A stretch of 64,000 nucleotides of DNA, from the NCBI GenBank assembly GCA_015061295.1, contig SUWU01000004.1:4436-68435 (forward strand), in the 5' to 3' direction. This stretch comes from Lentimicrobiaceae bacterium (lineage in GTDB: Bacteria; Bacteroidota; Bacteroidia; Bacteroidales; F082). The position numbers were made by a program, and so were the translations under genes. This document shows positions 18,081 to 27,991 of the stretch, piece after piece; position 1 is the first letter of the stretch, and each line of letters begins with the position of its first letter. The notes beneath the pieces were generated by a model. It made no database searches. It saw only the letters and a program-made list of their open reading frames with translations, and was not told the origin of the DNA.

Positions 18081-19559
18081 TCACTCCTCCCAATGGAAAG
18101 GTTGTATCTTTGCATCTTTATCTTCCCATGACGGCTTACGCAGCGCATATATTATAAAAGGTATAAGGACAAAGATGATGCAGCCTCCGAACATCACGGC
18201 GTACCATACCGTGTTGCTACCTGTCGCGATCTGGCTTGGCGGAATGAAGCTCAAGACGAAAGCGAGCAACGAACCCAAGAAACCGACACCACCGACGATC
18301 CACATCAAGGCGTTACCTTTCTTACCAATCCTAAATGAACGCGGCGCGTCTTTCATGCTATAACGAAGATAGATAGCAGCAGCAAACATCAGGAGATACA
18401 TTATGAGATATAGCAAGACCGTCATCTGCGACAAGATCTGATAGAAACTCTGTACCGACGGCATCACCACGAAGAGAAGACTCAAGATAGTTACGATGAT
18501 ACCTTGTATTATCAAGATGTTACTCTGCACTCCGAGTTTGTTAGTCTTCTGGAAGAATGGAGGAAGATAGCCAGCCTTACCAACGACGAGCAGACCTTTG
18601 GAAGGACCCGACACCCATGCCAAGACACCAGCGAGTACGCCGAAAGCGAGAGCCACAGCGATGACAGGCGACAGCCATGAAGCGTGGATATATTTGAAAT
18701 AATTATCAAAGCCTATCAATAAACTTTGGGTGAGGTTGATGTTATCTTTCGGAATGATGAAGCCGAGTGCGTATGTTCCCAAGACGAAAATCAACACTGT
18801 GATGAGTGCACCGATGAAGACAGCACGAGGATAACTCTTGCTTGGATTATCCATCTCGGTGACGTGGACGCCCGTCATCTCCATACCAGCATAGAAGAGG
18901 AAGATACTCGAGGCGAGTACGAGGTTATCGAGACGAGCGAGGTCTGGCCAGAAACTGCCGCTGAGATCCATCTGTATGGTACCGCCTGTAGCGACATAAT
19001 AAACGCCCAAGATTATCAATATTATTGACGGGATGATAGTACCGATGAGACCTCCTATCTTCGACACCTTACCGACCCATCCAATACCTTTGAAGGCGAT
19101 GAAGGTGGCGAGCCAATAGATAGCGAGCACCACGATAAGAGTATAGACTCTGTTGTTAGCCAAAGCCATATCCTCTACAGGATTCATACCGATGAAGGCT
19201 AACGACACCGCACCGAAGGTAAGCACCGTCGGGTACCAGATAGTATTTTGGAACCACTGCAGCCAGATAGCGAGGAAGCCGAAACGTTTACCGAAGGCCT
19301 CGCCCACCCAGCGGAAGACACCGCCTTCTTTGTTGGCGAACATAGAAGCAAGCTCCGCCGCCACCAAGGAGGTTGGGATGAGGAAGACGAGAGCCGCAAA
19401 GAGATAATAAAAAGCCGAACTCAATCCATATTCGGCTTCGGCAGGAAGTCCACGTAACGAGACCACCGCCGTCACATTCATGATAGCAATAGTGAAGACA
19501 CTAAGCTTCGCAATAGATTTTGTTTTGTTTGAATCCATAAGCTTTATATTTTTTCTCAC
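18081..19559 (-). CDS. gadC: APC-family amino acid transporter, glutamate/GABA antiporter-like
   Basis: 12-TM APC pattern. GVHVTEMDNPSKSYPRA and SFIPPSQI parallel the E. coli GadC segments as I recall them. Start could instead be Met8 (19538). Confidence 0.75.
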   Translation of the reverse strand: MRKNIKLMDSNKTKSIAKLSVFTIAIMNVTAVVSLRGLPAEAEYGLSSAFYYLFAALVFLIPTSLVAAELASMFANKEGGVFRWVGEAFGKRFGFLAIWLQWFQNTIWYPTVLTFGAVSLAFIGMNPVEDMALANNRVYTLIVVLAIYWLATFIAFKGIGWVGKVSKIGGLIGTIIPSIILIILGVYYVATGGTIQMDLSGSFWPDLARLDNLVLASSIFLFYAGMEMTGVHVTEMDNPSKSYPRAVFIGALITVLIFVLGTYALGFIIPKDNINLTQSLLIGFDNYFKYIHASWLSPVIAVALAFGVLAGVLAWVSGPSKGLLVVGKAGYLPPFFQKTNKLGVQSNILIIQGIIVTILSLLFVVMPSVQSFYQILSQMTVLLYLIMYLLMFAAAIYLRYSMKDAPRSFRIGKKGNALMWIVGGVGFLGSLLAFVLSFIPPSQIATGSNTVWYAVMFGGCIIFVLIPFIIYALRKPSWEDKDAKIQPFHWEE

Positions 19560-19585
19560 ACAAACAAGGAAAGAAATGAAATGTT

Positions 19586-19678
19586 CACTCTGACTTTGAC
19601 TTTGACACTGACTTATGGACTTGGGGACTCGGTGACTTGGGGACTTGGGGACTCGGTGACTTGGGGACTTGGCGACTT
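19586..19678. repeat. Word array R10: hexamers GACTTT/GACACT, then octamers GGACTTGG/GGACTCGG/TGACTTGG
   Basis: Lies in the divergent gadC/hpt spacer and is followed by TTAAAAAAAA. Confidence 0.95.
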
Positions 19679-19687
19679 AAAAAAACT

Positions 19688-19714
19688 TTCGTCTTTAGAC
19701 ATTCGTCTTTAGAC
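19688..19714. repeat. Direct repeat TTCGTCTTTAGAC x2 (14-nt period) just upstream of the hpt -7 box
   Basis: Read directly. This is a possible regulator binding site. Confidence 0.7.
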
Positions 19715-19721
19715 TTTTTGT

Positions 19722-19729
19722 TATATTTG
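19722..19729 (+). promoter_or_regulatory. Candidate -7 box for hpt
   Basis: tatatttg, 31 nt before ATG 19760. Confidence 0.5.
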
Positions 19730-19759
19730 CGAGGTTTTAAAAAAATTCTTTTAATTAAA

Positions 19760-20296
19760 ATGAATAACATTAAAGTACTTGATAAAGAGTTTGCTCCATA
19801 TATCTCTCAGGTTGAGATTGAGTCGGAGATAAGAAGAATAGCTACTCAAATTAACAGAGATATGCAGGACAAGAATCCTCTTTTCCTCGTCATGCTCAAC
19901 GGTGCTTTTATGTTTGCTGCCGAATTGTTAAAAAATATTGAGATAGATTGCGAGACTTCTTTCGTAAAATACTCCACCTACGATGGGACACAAAGCACAT
20001 GTGAAGCCAAAGAACTCATTGGTCTTAACTCCTCTTTGAAAGGCCGTAACATCGTTATCGTAGAAGACATCATAGACTCTGGTTTTACCATGAGCTGTCT
20101 GATTCAAAAGCTTCAGTCAATGGAGGTGGCAAGCATAAAAATAGCTACTATGCTTTTCAAACCAGAAGCCTTCAAATTCGATTACAAGATAGATTATATC
20201 GGCATGAATATCGGCAACGAGTTCATTGTCGGATATGGATTAGATTACAACGAACACGGAAGGAATTATCCTTTAATTTATCAAGTGGTAAAATAA
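19760..20296 (+). CDS. hpt: Hypoxanthine phosphoribosyltransferase
   Basis: VIVEDIIDSGFT PRPP motif. Start moved to ATG 19760 because the upstream part of ORF 19637 is translated repeat array and contains the -7 box. Confidence 0.9.
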   Translation: MNNIKVLDKEFAPYISQVEIESEIRRIATQINRDMQDKNPLFLVMLNGAFMFAAELLKNIEIDCETSFVKYSTYDGTQSTCEAKELIGLNSSLKGRNIVIVEDIIDSGFTMSCLIQKLQSMEVASIKIATMLFKPEAFKFDYKIDYIGMNIGNEFIVGYGLDYNEHGRNYPLIYQVVK

Positions 20297-20321
20297 ATTT
20301 AAACAAAAAAATATTTTAAAA

Positions 20322-20891
20322 ATGTTAAACATAATAATTTTTGGGCCTCCAGGTGCAGGCAAAGGAACACAATCAGAGTTTATCAAAGAAAAATATAACT
20401 TAACATACATCTCTACAGGACAGATACTTAGAAACGAGATGGCAGCCGAAACAGAAATCGGATTAAAAGTGAAAGAAATCATCAGTCAGGGCGGACTCGC
20501 TTCAGATGAGATAGTAGCAGAAATAATAGAGAAATTCATAGCCTCTCATGCCGACGCTAACGGTTTCCTCTTCGACGGTTATCCTCGCACTGTGAAACAA
20601 GCCGAGATTCTCGATGAGCTCTTTAGAAAATACAATCTCAGTCTCAGCGGTGTCCTCAGCCTTGAAGTACCAGAAGATATTCTCGTGGAACGTATGCTCG
20701 AACGCGGCAAGACAAGCGGTCGCGCTGATGATAACATCGACTCTATCCGTCATCGCTTCGTAGAATACGACCAAAAGACTAAACCTGTCCTCGACTTCTA
20801 CCAAAATAAAAACGCACTCTACCCTATCCACGGCGTCGGAACAATAGAGGAGATTTTTAATAATATTTGCGAGGTGATAGAAAGATTATAA
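20322..20891 (+). CDS. adk: Adenylate kinase
   Basis: GPPGAGKGTQ P-loop, short LID type. 189 aa. Confidence 0.95.
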   Translation: MLNIIIFGPPGAGKGTQSEFIKEKYNLTYISTGQILRNEMAAETEIGLKVKEIISQGGLASDEIVAEIIEKFIASHADANGFLFDGYPRTVKQAEILDELFRKYNLSLSGVLSLEVPEDILVERMLERGKTSGRADDNIDSIRHRFVEYDQKTKPVLDFYQNKNALYPIHGVGTIEEIFNNICEVIERL

Positions 20892-20932
20892 GTCACCAAG
20901 TCACCAAGTCTGGCTCAGAGACTCGGTGACTC
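20892..20932. repeat. Word array R11: GTCACCAA x2 and inverted GACTCGGTGAC
   Basis: Starts the nucleotide after the adk stop and is followed by TAAAAAAAAA and the malQ ATG. Confidence 0.9.
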
Positions 20933-20945
20933 TAAAAAAAAGTGT

Positions 20946-22814
20946 ATGCAGAACGTTTTTGATACAAAGGTTTTTAAGGTCGTGTCGAAAGGCAAGGACG
21001 ACATCTCTTACGGATGGAAGGGTGCCGGAGTAGCTGTGCCTGTGTTTTCTCTTAAAAGCAGCAGCAACTTTGGCATTGGCGAGTTCCTCGACCTTAAACT
21101 ACTCGCTGATTGGTGCAATAAAGTCGGATTGAAAATGATACAGATTCTTCCGATCAACGACACCCGCACCGACGGCTCATGGGACAACTCATATCCTTAT
21201 AAAGCCATCTCGACAAAAGCTCTGCATCCTATCTATCTTAACCTCGACAAGATGGGACAACTCGACGATAAAAGCGACAGAGAATATTTCAGGCAACAGA
21301 AAGAAATATTAAACGCCAAAGACTACGTCGATTATCCCGAAGTGATGAAAGTGAAAGAAGCCTACTTCAAGAAAATCTTTCATCAGACATGGAATGACAT
21401 TAAAGAAAAAGAAGATTATAAAGTATTCTTCAACGAGAACAAAGACTGGCTCGTGCCATACGCATCTTTCTGTAATCAACGAGACTACAAGTCAACAAGA
21501 CAACAAGTAGAGTCGCAAAGTTCAATGTCAACGTCAGAGTCAGTGTCAATGTCAGTGTCAACGTCAGAGTTCTCATACTTCCTTCAATATCACCTCGACA
21601 AGCAGCTCAAAGAAACCATCGATTATCTTCATGAGAAAGGCATCGCTTTGAAAGGCGACATTCCTATCGGCATAGGCAGAGACAGCGTTGACGCCCTTGC
21701 CAACCCTGAACTTTTCAACTTAGACTGTCAAGCTGGTGCTCCTCCCGATGCCTTTGCCACCGAAGGACAGAATTGGGGTTTCCCCACTTACAATTGGGAG
21801 GCGATGGCTAAAGACGACTACAGATGGTGGCGCGAACGACTCACACATATGAGCCGCTACTTCGACGCCTACCGCATCGACCACATATTAGGATTCTTCA
21901 GGATATGGGAGATACCGATAGAATATTCACAAGGAACAATGGGGCACTTCTCCCCTGCCCTGCCTCTTGAGATTGGAAACGGGAAACGGGTACGGGAAAC
22001 GGGTACGGGGAACGGGTACGGGTACGGGGAACGGGATACGTCACTACTTCTCAGTGACTCGGTTACTCAGAGACTTGGTGACTTATTCCTAAAAGATAAG
22101 CACGACAGCAACAAATTTCATCCGAGGATAAACATGCACCTCACTCAGACTTATAACGAGTTGGATGAGACACAGAAAGAAACGTTAAACAAAATTTACG
22201 ACGATTATTTCTATCATAGAAATGAGGCGCTTTGGAAAGCAGAGGCTCTGAAGAAGTTACCTAAAATCATCGAGGCAAGCGACATGTTGGTATGCGGTGA
22301 AGACCTTGGCATGGTTCCAGCCTGCGTTCCAGAAGTGATGCAGCAACTTAATATCTTAAGTCTTGAAGTACAAAGAATGCCTAAGAAATTCGGCGCCACA
22401 TTCGTCAATCCAAAAGAAAATCCTTATCTCAGCGTCGATACCACATCCACGCACGACACCTCTACATTAAGAGGATGGTGGGAAGAAAACGGCGAGCTGA
22501 CAAATCGTTTCTACAGAGAGATGTTAGGTCATCATGAAGGCGCTCCTTATTTCGCAGAGCCTTGGGTTTGCAAAGAAATCATCAAACAACATATGGAATC
22601 TTCTTCGATGTGGGTCATCATTCCTATCCAAGACTATATAGCAATGGACGGCGACTTCCGCTGGGACCAGACCCAGAGAGAACAAATCAACATTCCTGCA
22701 AACCCACATCATCACTGGTGCTATAAAATGTATCAAAGCATAGAAGAACTTATCGAAAGAAATTATCTCAACGATATGATTTCTGATATAATCAAAGAAT
22801 CAGGAAGAAACTAA
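20946..22814 (+). CDS. malQ: 4-alpha-glucanotransferase (GH77) carrying two repeat-derived in-frame insertions
   Basis: VQILPINDT, YRIDHILGFFRIWEIP, CGEDLGMVP, STHDTSTLRGWW GH77 motifs. Low-complexity segments SMSTSESVSMSVSTSE and GNGKRVRETGTGNGYGYGERD..SDSVTQRLGDL are encoded by the word arrays. Confidence 0.9.
   Translation: MQNVFDTKVFKVVSKGKDDISYGWKGAGVAVPVFSLKSSSNFGIGEFLDLKLLADWCNKVGLKMIQILPINDTRTDGSWDNSYPYKAISTKALHPIYLNLDKMGQLDDKSDREYFRQQKEILNAKDYVDYPEVMKVKEAYFKKIFHQTWNDIKEKEDYKVFFNENKDWLVPYASFCNQRDYKSTRQQVESQSSMSTSESVSMSVSTSEFSYFLQYHLDKQLKETIDYLHEKGIALKGDIPIGIGRDSVDALANPELFNLDCQAGAPPDAFATEGQNWGFPTYNWEAMAKDDYRWWRERLTHMSRYFDAYRIDHILGFFRIWEIPIEYSQGTMGHFSPALPLEIGNGKRVRETGTGNGYGYGERDTSLLLSDSVTQRLGDLFLKDKHDSNKFHPRINMHLTQTYNELDETQKETLNKIYDDYFYHRNEALWKAEALKKLPKIIEASDMLVCGEDLGMVPACVPEVMQQLNILSLEVQRMPKKFGATFVNPKENPYLSVDTTSTHDTSTLRGWWEENGELTNRFYREMLGHHEGAPYFAEPWVCKEIIKQHMESSSMWVIIPIQDYIAMDGDFRWDQTQREQINIPANPHHHWCYKMYQSIEELIERNYLNDMISDIIKESGRN
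21482..21572. repeat. Word array R12 inside malQ: CAAGTCAACAAG words, then hexamers GTCAAT/GTCAGT/GTCAAC/GTCAGA
   Basis: Read in frame as STRQQVESQSSMSTSESVSMSVSTSE. Confidence 0.9.
21975..22085. repeat. Word array R13 inside malQ: GGGAAAC/GGGTAC units, then octamers CTCAGTGA/CTCGGTTA/CTCAGAGA/CTTGGTGA
   Basis: Read in frame as GNGKRVRETGTGNGYGYGERD..SDSVTQRLGDL. Confidence 0.9.
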
Positions 22815-22875
22815 CAATCGTTTTTATTGATAAGATTATCAATATTATCTAACTCATCAATTCAACAAAAATACA

Positions 22876-22883
22876 TATCTTTG
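22876..22883 (+). promoter_or_regulatory. Candidate -7 box for the OsmC-family gene
   Basis: tatctttg, 56 nt before the ATG. Confidence 0.45.
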
Positions 22884-22938
22884 CGTTGTTATAAAAAATG
22901 ACAATTAAACTAATTTTAACTAATAAAACTTAAATAAT

Positions 22939-23328
22939 ATGGCAACAATTTCAGGAAAGTATTTAGGAAACTTATGCAGTGAATTAACTCATAACGAATC
23001 AGGTGTAAAGATAAATGTCGATGGACATGGCAAAGGATTTTCGCCTGTCGATTTAACAGCTGCATCATTAGGTGCATGTATGATGGCGATGATGGGCTAC
23101 ACCGCTGAGAGCAAGGGCATAAACTTAGAAGGTTTAAGCATCGAAGTTGACAAAGTCATGGCAGATGCTCCACGCCGAATCGGAGAGTTCAACATTGTAG
23201 TCAACTTTGCACATCCATACAACGACAGAGATAAAGCTATTTTGCAGAAAGCCGCTGAGACATGTCCTGTCAAGAAGACATTAAGCAGCGATTGTAAAAT
23301 CAATGTCGTAATGAATTTCCCAGAATGA
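22939..23328 (+). CDS. OsmC-family peroxiredoxin-like protein
   Basis: SPVDLTAASLGACMM and ETCPVKKTL OsmC cysteine motifs. 129 aa. Confidence 0.8.
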   Translation: MATISGKYLGNLCSELTHNESGVKINVDGHGKGFSPVDLTAASLGACMMAMMGYTAESKGINLEGLSIEVDKVMADAPRRIGEFNIVVNFAHPYNDRDKAILQKAAETCPVKKTLSSDCKINVVMNFPE

Positions 23329-23465
23329 TGATGACGATGATAATGACGATGACGATGAACAATGACAATGACGATGACAATGACGATGAACAATGACGAG
23401 AGTTAGAATCAAAAATCATTGTCATTGTCATTGTCAATGTCATTGTCAGTGTCAATGTCAGAGTC
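23329..23465. repeat. Word array R14: GATGAC/AATGAC arm and inverted CATTGTC/CAGTGTC arm
   Basis: Fills the whole spacer between the convergent OsmC-family and DUF4296 genes. Confidence 0.95.
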
Positions 23466-23834
23466 TCACTTTTTTTTCTTAATTTCTTCTTGTTTGGTAG
23501 TGAAGTAAGCGTTAACAGAATCTACTATTGATTTCATCTTAGGAAGGTCGTTGGTATTGTAATAGTTAAGGTTCTCGATAAATATGGAGTCTGTGATACC
23601 ATAATGAGAGAATATAGTGTCGTAGGCTCGTTGTTTTAGGTTTGTTACGCTTTGGTTCCTGCCTCTTCTATAGTTGATAGATTGTTCTATGATCTGTACG
23701 TCAATCATAACATCTACCATTTGTTGTTCTGTCAACAATATCGACGGTGCTCCTTCTTTTGATTTATCATTATCACAAGCAATCAAAAGCAAGAGCATCG
23801 TCATTAGTAATATTGTCAATTTTTTAATTTCCAA
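23466..23834 (-). CDS. DUF4296-like lipoprotein
   Basis: Lipobox LLIAC. Size and position immediately downstream of recQ, overlapping it by 11 nt. Confidence 0.6.
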   Translation of the reverse strand: MEIKKLTILLMTMLLLLIACDNDKSKEGAPSILLTEQQMVDVMIDVQIIEQSINYRRGRNQSVTNLKQRAYDTIFSHYGITDSIFIENLNYYNTNDLPKMKSIVDSVNAYFTTKQEEIKKKK

Positions 23835-26040
23835 CTTCTGAGATAAATTTAATACGCATCAGTCTTACTTCTACCTCTTCATATTCATTCTCGCCCAAGG
23901 CTCTGAGAGCATCTTCTACTACATCGGAGTCAGCCTCGCGGAAATATTCTAAAATATCTTCTTGGTGATACTCATCAATATTCTCTTCTATGAAGTAGTT
24001 GATATCCAATCGTGTTCCGCTTGCCACTATACTCTCTATCTCTGTAAGAAGCTCATCGAATCCCATATTTTTAGAGTGAGCTATATCGTCGAGAGGTATC
24101 TTTCTATCTATATTTTGTATGATACTTATTTTAAGAGCCGACCTATTGACTGACGATTTTATCACCATATCATTAGGACGTGTTATCTCATTCTCTTCCA
24201 CATATTCTCTGATAAGGTCGAGGAATGGCTGTCCAAACTTCTGAGCCTTACCCTGTCCTACTCCCACTATCTGTGTCATCTCCTCCATAGTGATAGGATA
24301 TTGTATCGTCATATCTTCTAAGGAAGGATCTTGGAATATCACGAAAGGAGGCAGGTTCATCTTCTTAGCGATAGTCTTTCTGAGGTCTTTCAGCATAGAG
24401 AAAAGCGTCTTGTCGGTGCCGCTATCTTTGCTATAAGCCACTCTTTCCTCATCGAAATCGTCATCATCAGGATTGTCGTAATCGTGGTCTTTTGCCACCA
24501 TGATAGGATAAGGCTTCTTAACATAATCCTTACCTTCCTTAGTGACTTTCAAGATACCATATTCCTCTATGTCTTTAGTCAACAAGCCATTAACCACAGC
24601 CTGTCTGATTATCGACACCCAATATTTCTCTTCATTATCATCACCTGCACCGAAGAACTCGTTAGTATCATGTTTAGCCGTCTTGATGTCGCCTGTTGCT
24701 TTACCAGCGAGAAGCTCTGCTATATGCTTTGTCTTGAAGAGTTGTTTTGTTGCGAGGATAGCTTCGATAACAAGTTTAAGGTCTTCTTGTCCATCGAATT
24801 TAACTTTAGGGTTGAGACAGTTGTCACACGATCCGCAGTTTTCTTTTTCGTATGACTCACCGAAATAATGTAGGAGCAGTTTATGGCGGCACACCGACGA
24901 CTCTGCATATGTCACAGTCTCGTTAAGCAATTCGCGTGCTATCTCCTGTTCTGCCACGTCTTTACCTTTGTTAAATTTCTCTAACTTATGAATATCTTCG
25001 TAGTCGTAGAAAGCTATACATTTGCCTTCGCCTCCATCTCTACCAGCTCTACCTGTCTCTTGATAATAACCTTCGAGGCTCTTAGGTATGTCGTGATGTA
25101 TCACGAAACGAATGTCAGGTTTATCGATGCCCATTCCGAATGCTATGGTAGCTACCACAATATCTACTTCTTCCATCAGGAACCTATCTTGGTTTTCGCG
25201 GCGCGTCTGTGCGTCGAGGCCAGCATGATAAGGGAGAGCTCGTATTCCGTTAGCGATGAGGACTTCAGCGAGTTCCTCCACTTTCTTACGGCTGAGGCAA
25301 TATACGATACCCGACTTACCTGGATTACTCTTGATATATTTTATGATGTCTTTTACAACGTCTTTAGTCTTTGGTCGTACTTCATAATAAAGGTTTGGTC
25401 TGTCGAACGACGATTTAAACACCTTAGCATCCATAATATCGAGGTTCTTCATGATATCCTTCTGAACCTTGACGGTAGCCGTCGCCGTGAGTGCTATGAT
25501 AGGAGCTTTAGGGTCGATGGAGTTTATAATAGGTCTCAGTCGTCGATATTCTGGTCTGAAGTCGTGTCCCCATTCTGAGATACAATGAGCCTCGTCTATA
25601 GCGAATAACGATATCTTAAGACCTTTCAAGAACTCTACTGTATCTTCTTTCGTCAGCGACTCTGGTGCTACATAAAGAAGTTTCGTCTTACCTTTCGACA
25701 AGTCATCTTTCACTTGTAACAACTCCGACTTCGACAACGAAGAGTTCATGACATGAGCGATACCACTATCAGTGCCGAAGTTGCGAATCATATCAACCTG
25801 ATTTTTCATCAGCGCTATCAATGGAGAGACAACAATAGTGATGCCTTTACTTATCAAAGCAGGTAACTGATAACACAAAGATTTGCCGCCACCAGTAGGC
25901 ATCAGAACAAATACGTTCTTACCAGATAACACCGTCTTGATAATCTCTTCCTGATTACCTTTGAACTGTTCAAAGCCAAAAACTTTCTTTAATAAATCGT
26001 ATAAAGTCTTATCATCAATTTTTGCCATAATATCTTTCAA
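23824..26040 (-). CDS. recQ: ATP-dependent DNA helicase RecQ
   Basis: [33 protein letters not shown], zinc-binding CDNC, C-terminal HRDC. Start may be Met5 (26028). Confidence 0.95.
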   Translation of the reverse strand: MKDIMAKIDDKTLYDLLKKVFGFEQFKGNQEEIIKTVLSGKNVFVLMPTGGGKSLCYQLPALISKGITIVVSPLIALMKNQVDMIRNFGTDSGIAHVMNSSLSKSELLQVKDDLSKGKTKLLYVAPESLTKEDTVEFLKGLKISLFAIDEAHCISEWGHDFRPEYRRLRPIINSIDPKAPIIALTATATVKVQKDIMKNLDIMDAKVFKSSFDRPNLYYEVRPKTKDVVKDIIKYIKSNPGKSGIVYCLSRKKVEELAEVLIANGIRALPYHAGLDAQTRRENQDRFLMEEVDIVVATIAFGMGIDKPDIRFVIHHDIPKSLEGYYQETGRAGRDGGEGKCIAFYDYEDIHKLEKFNKGKDVAEQEIARELLNETVTYAESSVCRHKLLLHYFGESYEKENCGSCDNCLNPKVKFDGQEDLKLVIEAILATKQLFKTKHIAELLAGKATGDIKTAKHDTNEFFGAGDDNEEKYWVSIIRQAVVNGLLTKDIEEYGILKVTKEGKDYVKKPYPIMVAKDHDYDNPDDDDFDEERVAYSKDSGTDKTLFSMLKDLRKTIAKKMNLPPFVIFQDPSLEDMTIQYPITMEEMTQIVGVGQGKAQKFGQPFLDLIREYVEENEITRPNDMVIKSSVNRSALKISIIQNIDRKIPLDDIAHSKNMGFDELLTEIESIVASGTRLDINYFIEENIDEYHQEDILEYFREADSDVVEDALRALGENEYEEVEVRLMRIKFISEVGN

Positions 26041-26050
26041 TGAAAATTAC

Positions 26051-26058
26051 TATATTTG
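26051..26058 (+). promoter_or_regulatory. Candidate -7 box for kpsF
   Basis: tatatttg, 98 nt before ATG 26156. Confidence 0.4.
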
Positions 26059-26155
26059 CAAAGTCATGACGAAGATAATTTTTCTTGCACTTCGCATTGA
26101 CAAAGTTATGATTTTTAATATTAAAAATGCAAGAAAAAAAATATTTTTTTTCAAA

Positions 26156-27112
26156 ATGAGAAATATCAGAGACATAGCCACACAAGTCATTGACACAGAA
26201 GCGAGTTCTATATTAGGCTTAAAAGAACTCTTAACAGATGACTTTGAAAAAGTAGTCAATTTGATATTAAATTCCAAGGGTAATGTGGTTGTTTCGGGTA
26301 TTGGCAAGAGTGCTAATATCGCACAAAAGATTGTCGCCACCTTAAATTCCACAGGCACTACGGCGGTCTTTATGCACGCTGCCGATGCCATTCACGGCGA
26401 TCTCGGGATGATACGCGATGAAGACATCGTCATCATCATATCTAAAAGTGGAGAGACACCAGAGATTAAAGTACTCACACCTCTCATCAAGATAAGAAAC
26501 AACAAACTCGTCGCCATCGTTGGCAACACCAAGTCTTTCCTCGCATCGGAGGCAGACTACATTTTAGATGCGACGGTGCCTCACGAGGCTTGTCCCAACA
26601 ACCTCGCCCCTACCGCCAGCACTACAGCACAACTCGTCATGGGCGACGCTCTTGCAATGACATTACTAGAATGTAGAGGATTTACCTCTGACGACTTCGC
26701 TAAATTCCATCCTGGCGGCGCATTAGGAAAACGTCTCTACTTACGCGTAGGCGATGTATGCGTAAAAAATGCAACACCAATGGTGTCGAAAGATGACGTC
26801 ATGACAAAAGTGATAATAGAAATATCGGAGAAATTACTAGGTGCTGCAGCAGTGATGGACGACAACAAACTCATAGGCATCATCACCGACGGCGACCTCA
26901 GAAGAATGCTCATGAAACATCCTAACATAGAAGAGGTAAAGGCAAAAGACATCATGACAAAAAATCCAAAAACCATCAATAAGAACGATTTAGTCGTCAA
27001 CGCCTTAGAACTTATGCAAGATAAATCTATAACACAACTTCCTGTAATGGAAGACAACAAATACGTCGGAATGATACACATACACGACATCATAAAAGAA
27101 GGAATTATTTAG
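26156..27112 (+). CDS. kpsF: Arabinose-5-phosphate isomerase (KpsF/GutQ; SIS plus 2 CBS domains)
   Basis: SGIGKSANIAQKIVATLNSTG SIS motif and tandem CBS. Start moved to ATG 26156, downstream of the -7 box at 26051-26058. Confidence 0.9.
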   Translation: MRNIRDIATQVIDTEASSILGLKELLTDDFEKVVNLILNSKGNVVVSGIGKSANIAQKIVATLNSTGTTAVFMHAADAIHGDLGMIRDEDIVIIISKSGETPEIKVLTPLIKIRNNKLVAIVGNTKSFLASEADYILDATVPHEACPNNLAPTASTTAQLVMGDALAMTLLECRGFTSDDFAKFHPGGALGKRLYLRVGDVCVKNATPMVSKDDVMTKVIIEISEKLLGAAAVMDDNKLIGIITDGDLRRMLMKHPNIEEVKAKDIMTKNPKTINKNDLVVNALELMQDKSITQLPVMEDNKYVGMIHIHDIIKEGII

Positions 27113-27125
27113 AATTGACTCAAGT

Positions 27126-27174
27126 GAGACGCATCAATGTTGTGTTCATTTTGAAGGTATCATTGATACGTCTC
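27126..27174 (+). terminator. Long hairpin after kpsF
   Basis: 14-nt arms gagacgcatcaatg / cattgatacgtctc with one mismatch. Confidence 0.4.
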
Positions 27175-27176
27175 TA

Positions 27177-27203
27177 CTTATCGTCTTATTGACTTATTGA
27201 CTT
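27177..27203. repeat. Octamers CTTATCGT/CTTATTGA x3
   Basis: Followed by TAAAAAA and the lptB ATG. Confidence 0.8.
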
Positions 27204-27208
27204 AAAAA

Positions 27209-27946
27209 ATGATACTCAGAACTGATAATTTAGTAAAGAAATATAACAACCGTACTGTTGTAAAAGGTGTTAGCGTAGAGGTTAAACAAGGTGAGATTGT
27301 TGGTTTGTTAGGACCTAACGGTGCTGGAAAGACTACCACATTTTACATGACAGTAGGTCTCATCAAGCCTTTTTCGGGTCATGTATATTTAGACGACGAA
27401 GACATCACACAATTTCCAATGTATAAAAGAGCACAGTTAGGAATAGGTTATTTAGCGCAAGAGGCTTCCGTGTTTCGTCAACTCAGCGTTGAAGACAACA
27501 TCGCTTCTGTTATGCAGTTTAAGAAAGACATGACCAAAGAGCAACAGAGAGAGAAGTTAGAGTCGTTACTTAACGAGTTCAGCCTGCAACATATCAGAAA
27601 AAGCAAAGGCATACAGCTATCTGGAGGCGAGCGTCGAAGGACAGAGATAGCTCGTGCGTTGGCAGTAAACCCCAAGTTCATACTCTTAGACGAGCCTTTT
27701 GCTGGCGTCGATCCTATTGCTGTAGAAGACATCCAACGCATAGTAGCTAAACTAAAAAACAAAAATATCGGGGTTCTCATCACCGACCATAACGCCAACG
27801 AGACATTATCTATCACCGACAGGGCGTATCTCGTTTTCGAGGGCAAGCTGCTTAAAGCAGGAACGCCAGAAGAACTCGCCAACGATGAGGTGGTACGTTC
27901 TCACTATTTAGGAAGCAACTTTGAGCTAAGAAGAAAAGAGTTTTAG
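27209..27946 (+). CDS. lptB: LPS export ABC transporter ATP-binding protein LptB
   Basis: GPNGAGKTT, LSGGERRR, ILLDEPFAGVDP, C-terminal YLGSNF. Confidence 0.9.
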   Translation: MILRTDNLVKKYNNRTVVKGVSVEVKQGEIVGLLGPNGAGKTTTFYMTVGLIKPFSGHVYLDDEDITQFPMYKRAQLGIGYLAQEASVFRQLSVEDNIASVMQFKKDMTKEQQREKLESLLNEFSLQHIRKSKGIQLSGGERRRTEIARALAVNPKFILLDEPFAGVDPIAVEDIQRIVAKLKNKNIGVLITDHNANETLSITDRAYLVFEGKLLKAGTPEELANDEVVRSHYLGSNFELRRKEF

Positions 27947-27989
27947 ACAATTTACAATTAACAATTTACAATTAACAATTTACAATTAA
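27947..27989. repeat. Word array R15: heptamers ACAATTT/ACAATTA x6
   Basis: Spans exactly from the lptB stop to 2 nt before the pssA ATG. Confidence 0.95.
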
Positions 27990-27991
27990 GG

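Noticed and set aside
22898-22933. An 11-codon upstream ORF (MTIKLILTNKT) lies between the -7 box and the OsmC-family start.
   Set aside because: It is too short and AT-rich to distinguish from chance, and there is no attenuator-like structure around it. It is recorded only as a possibility.
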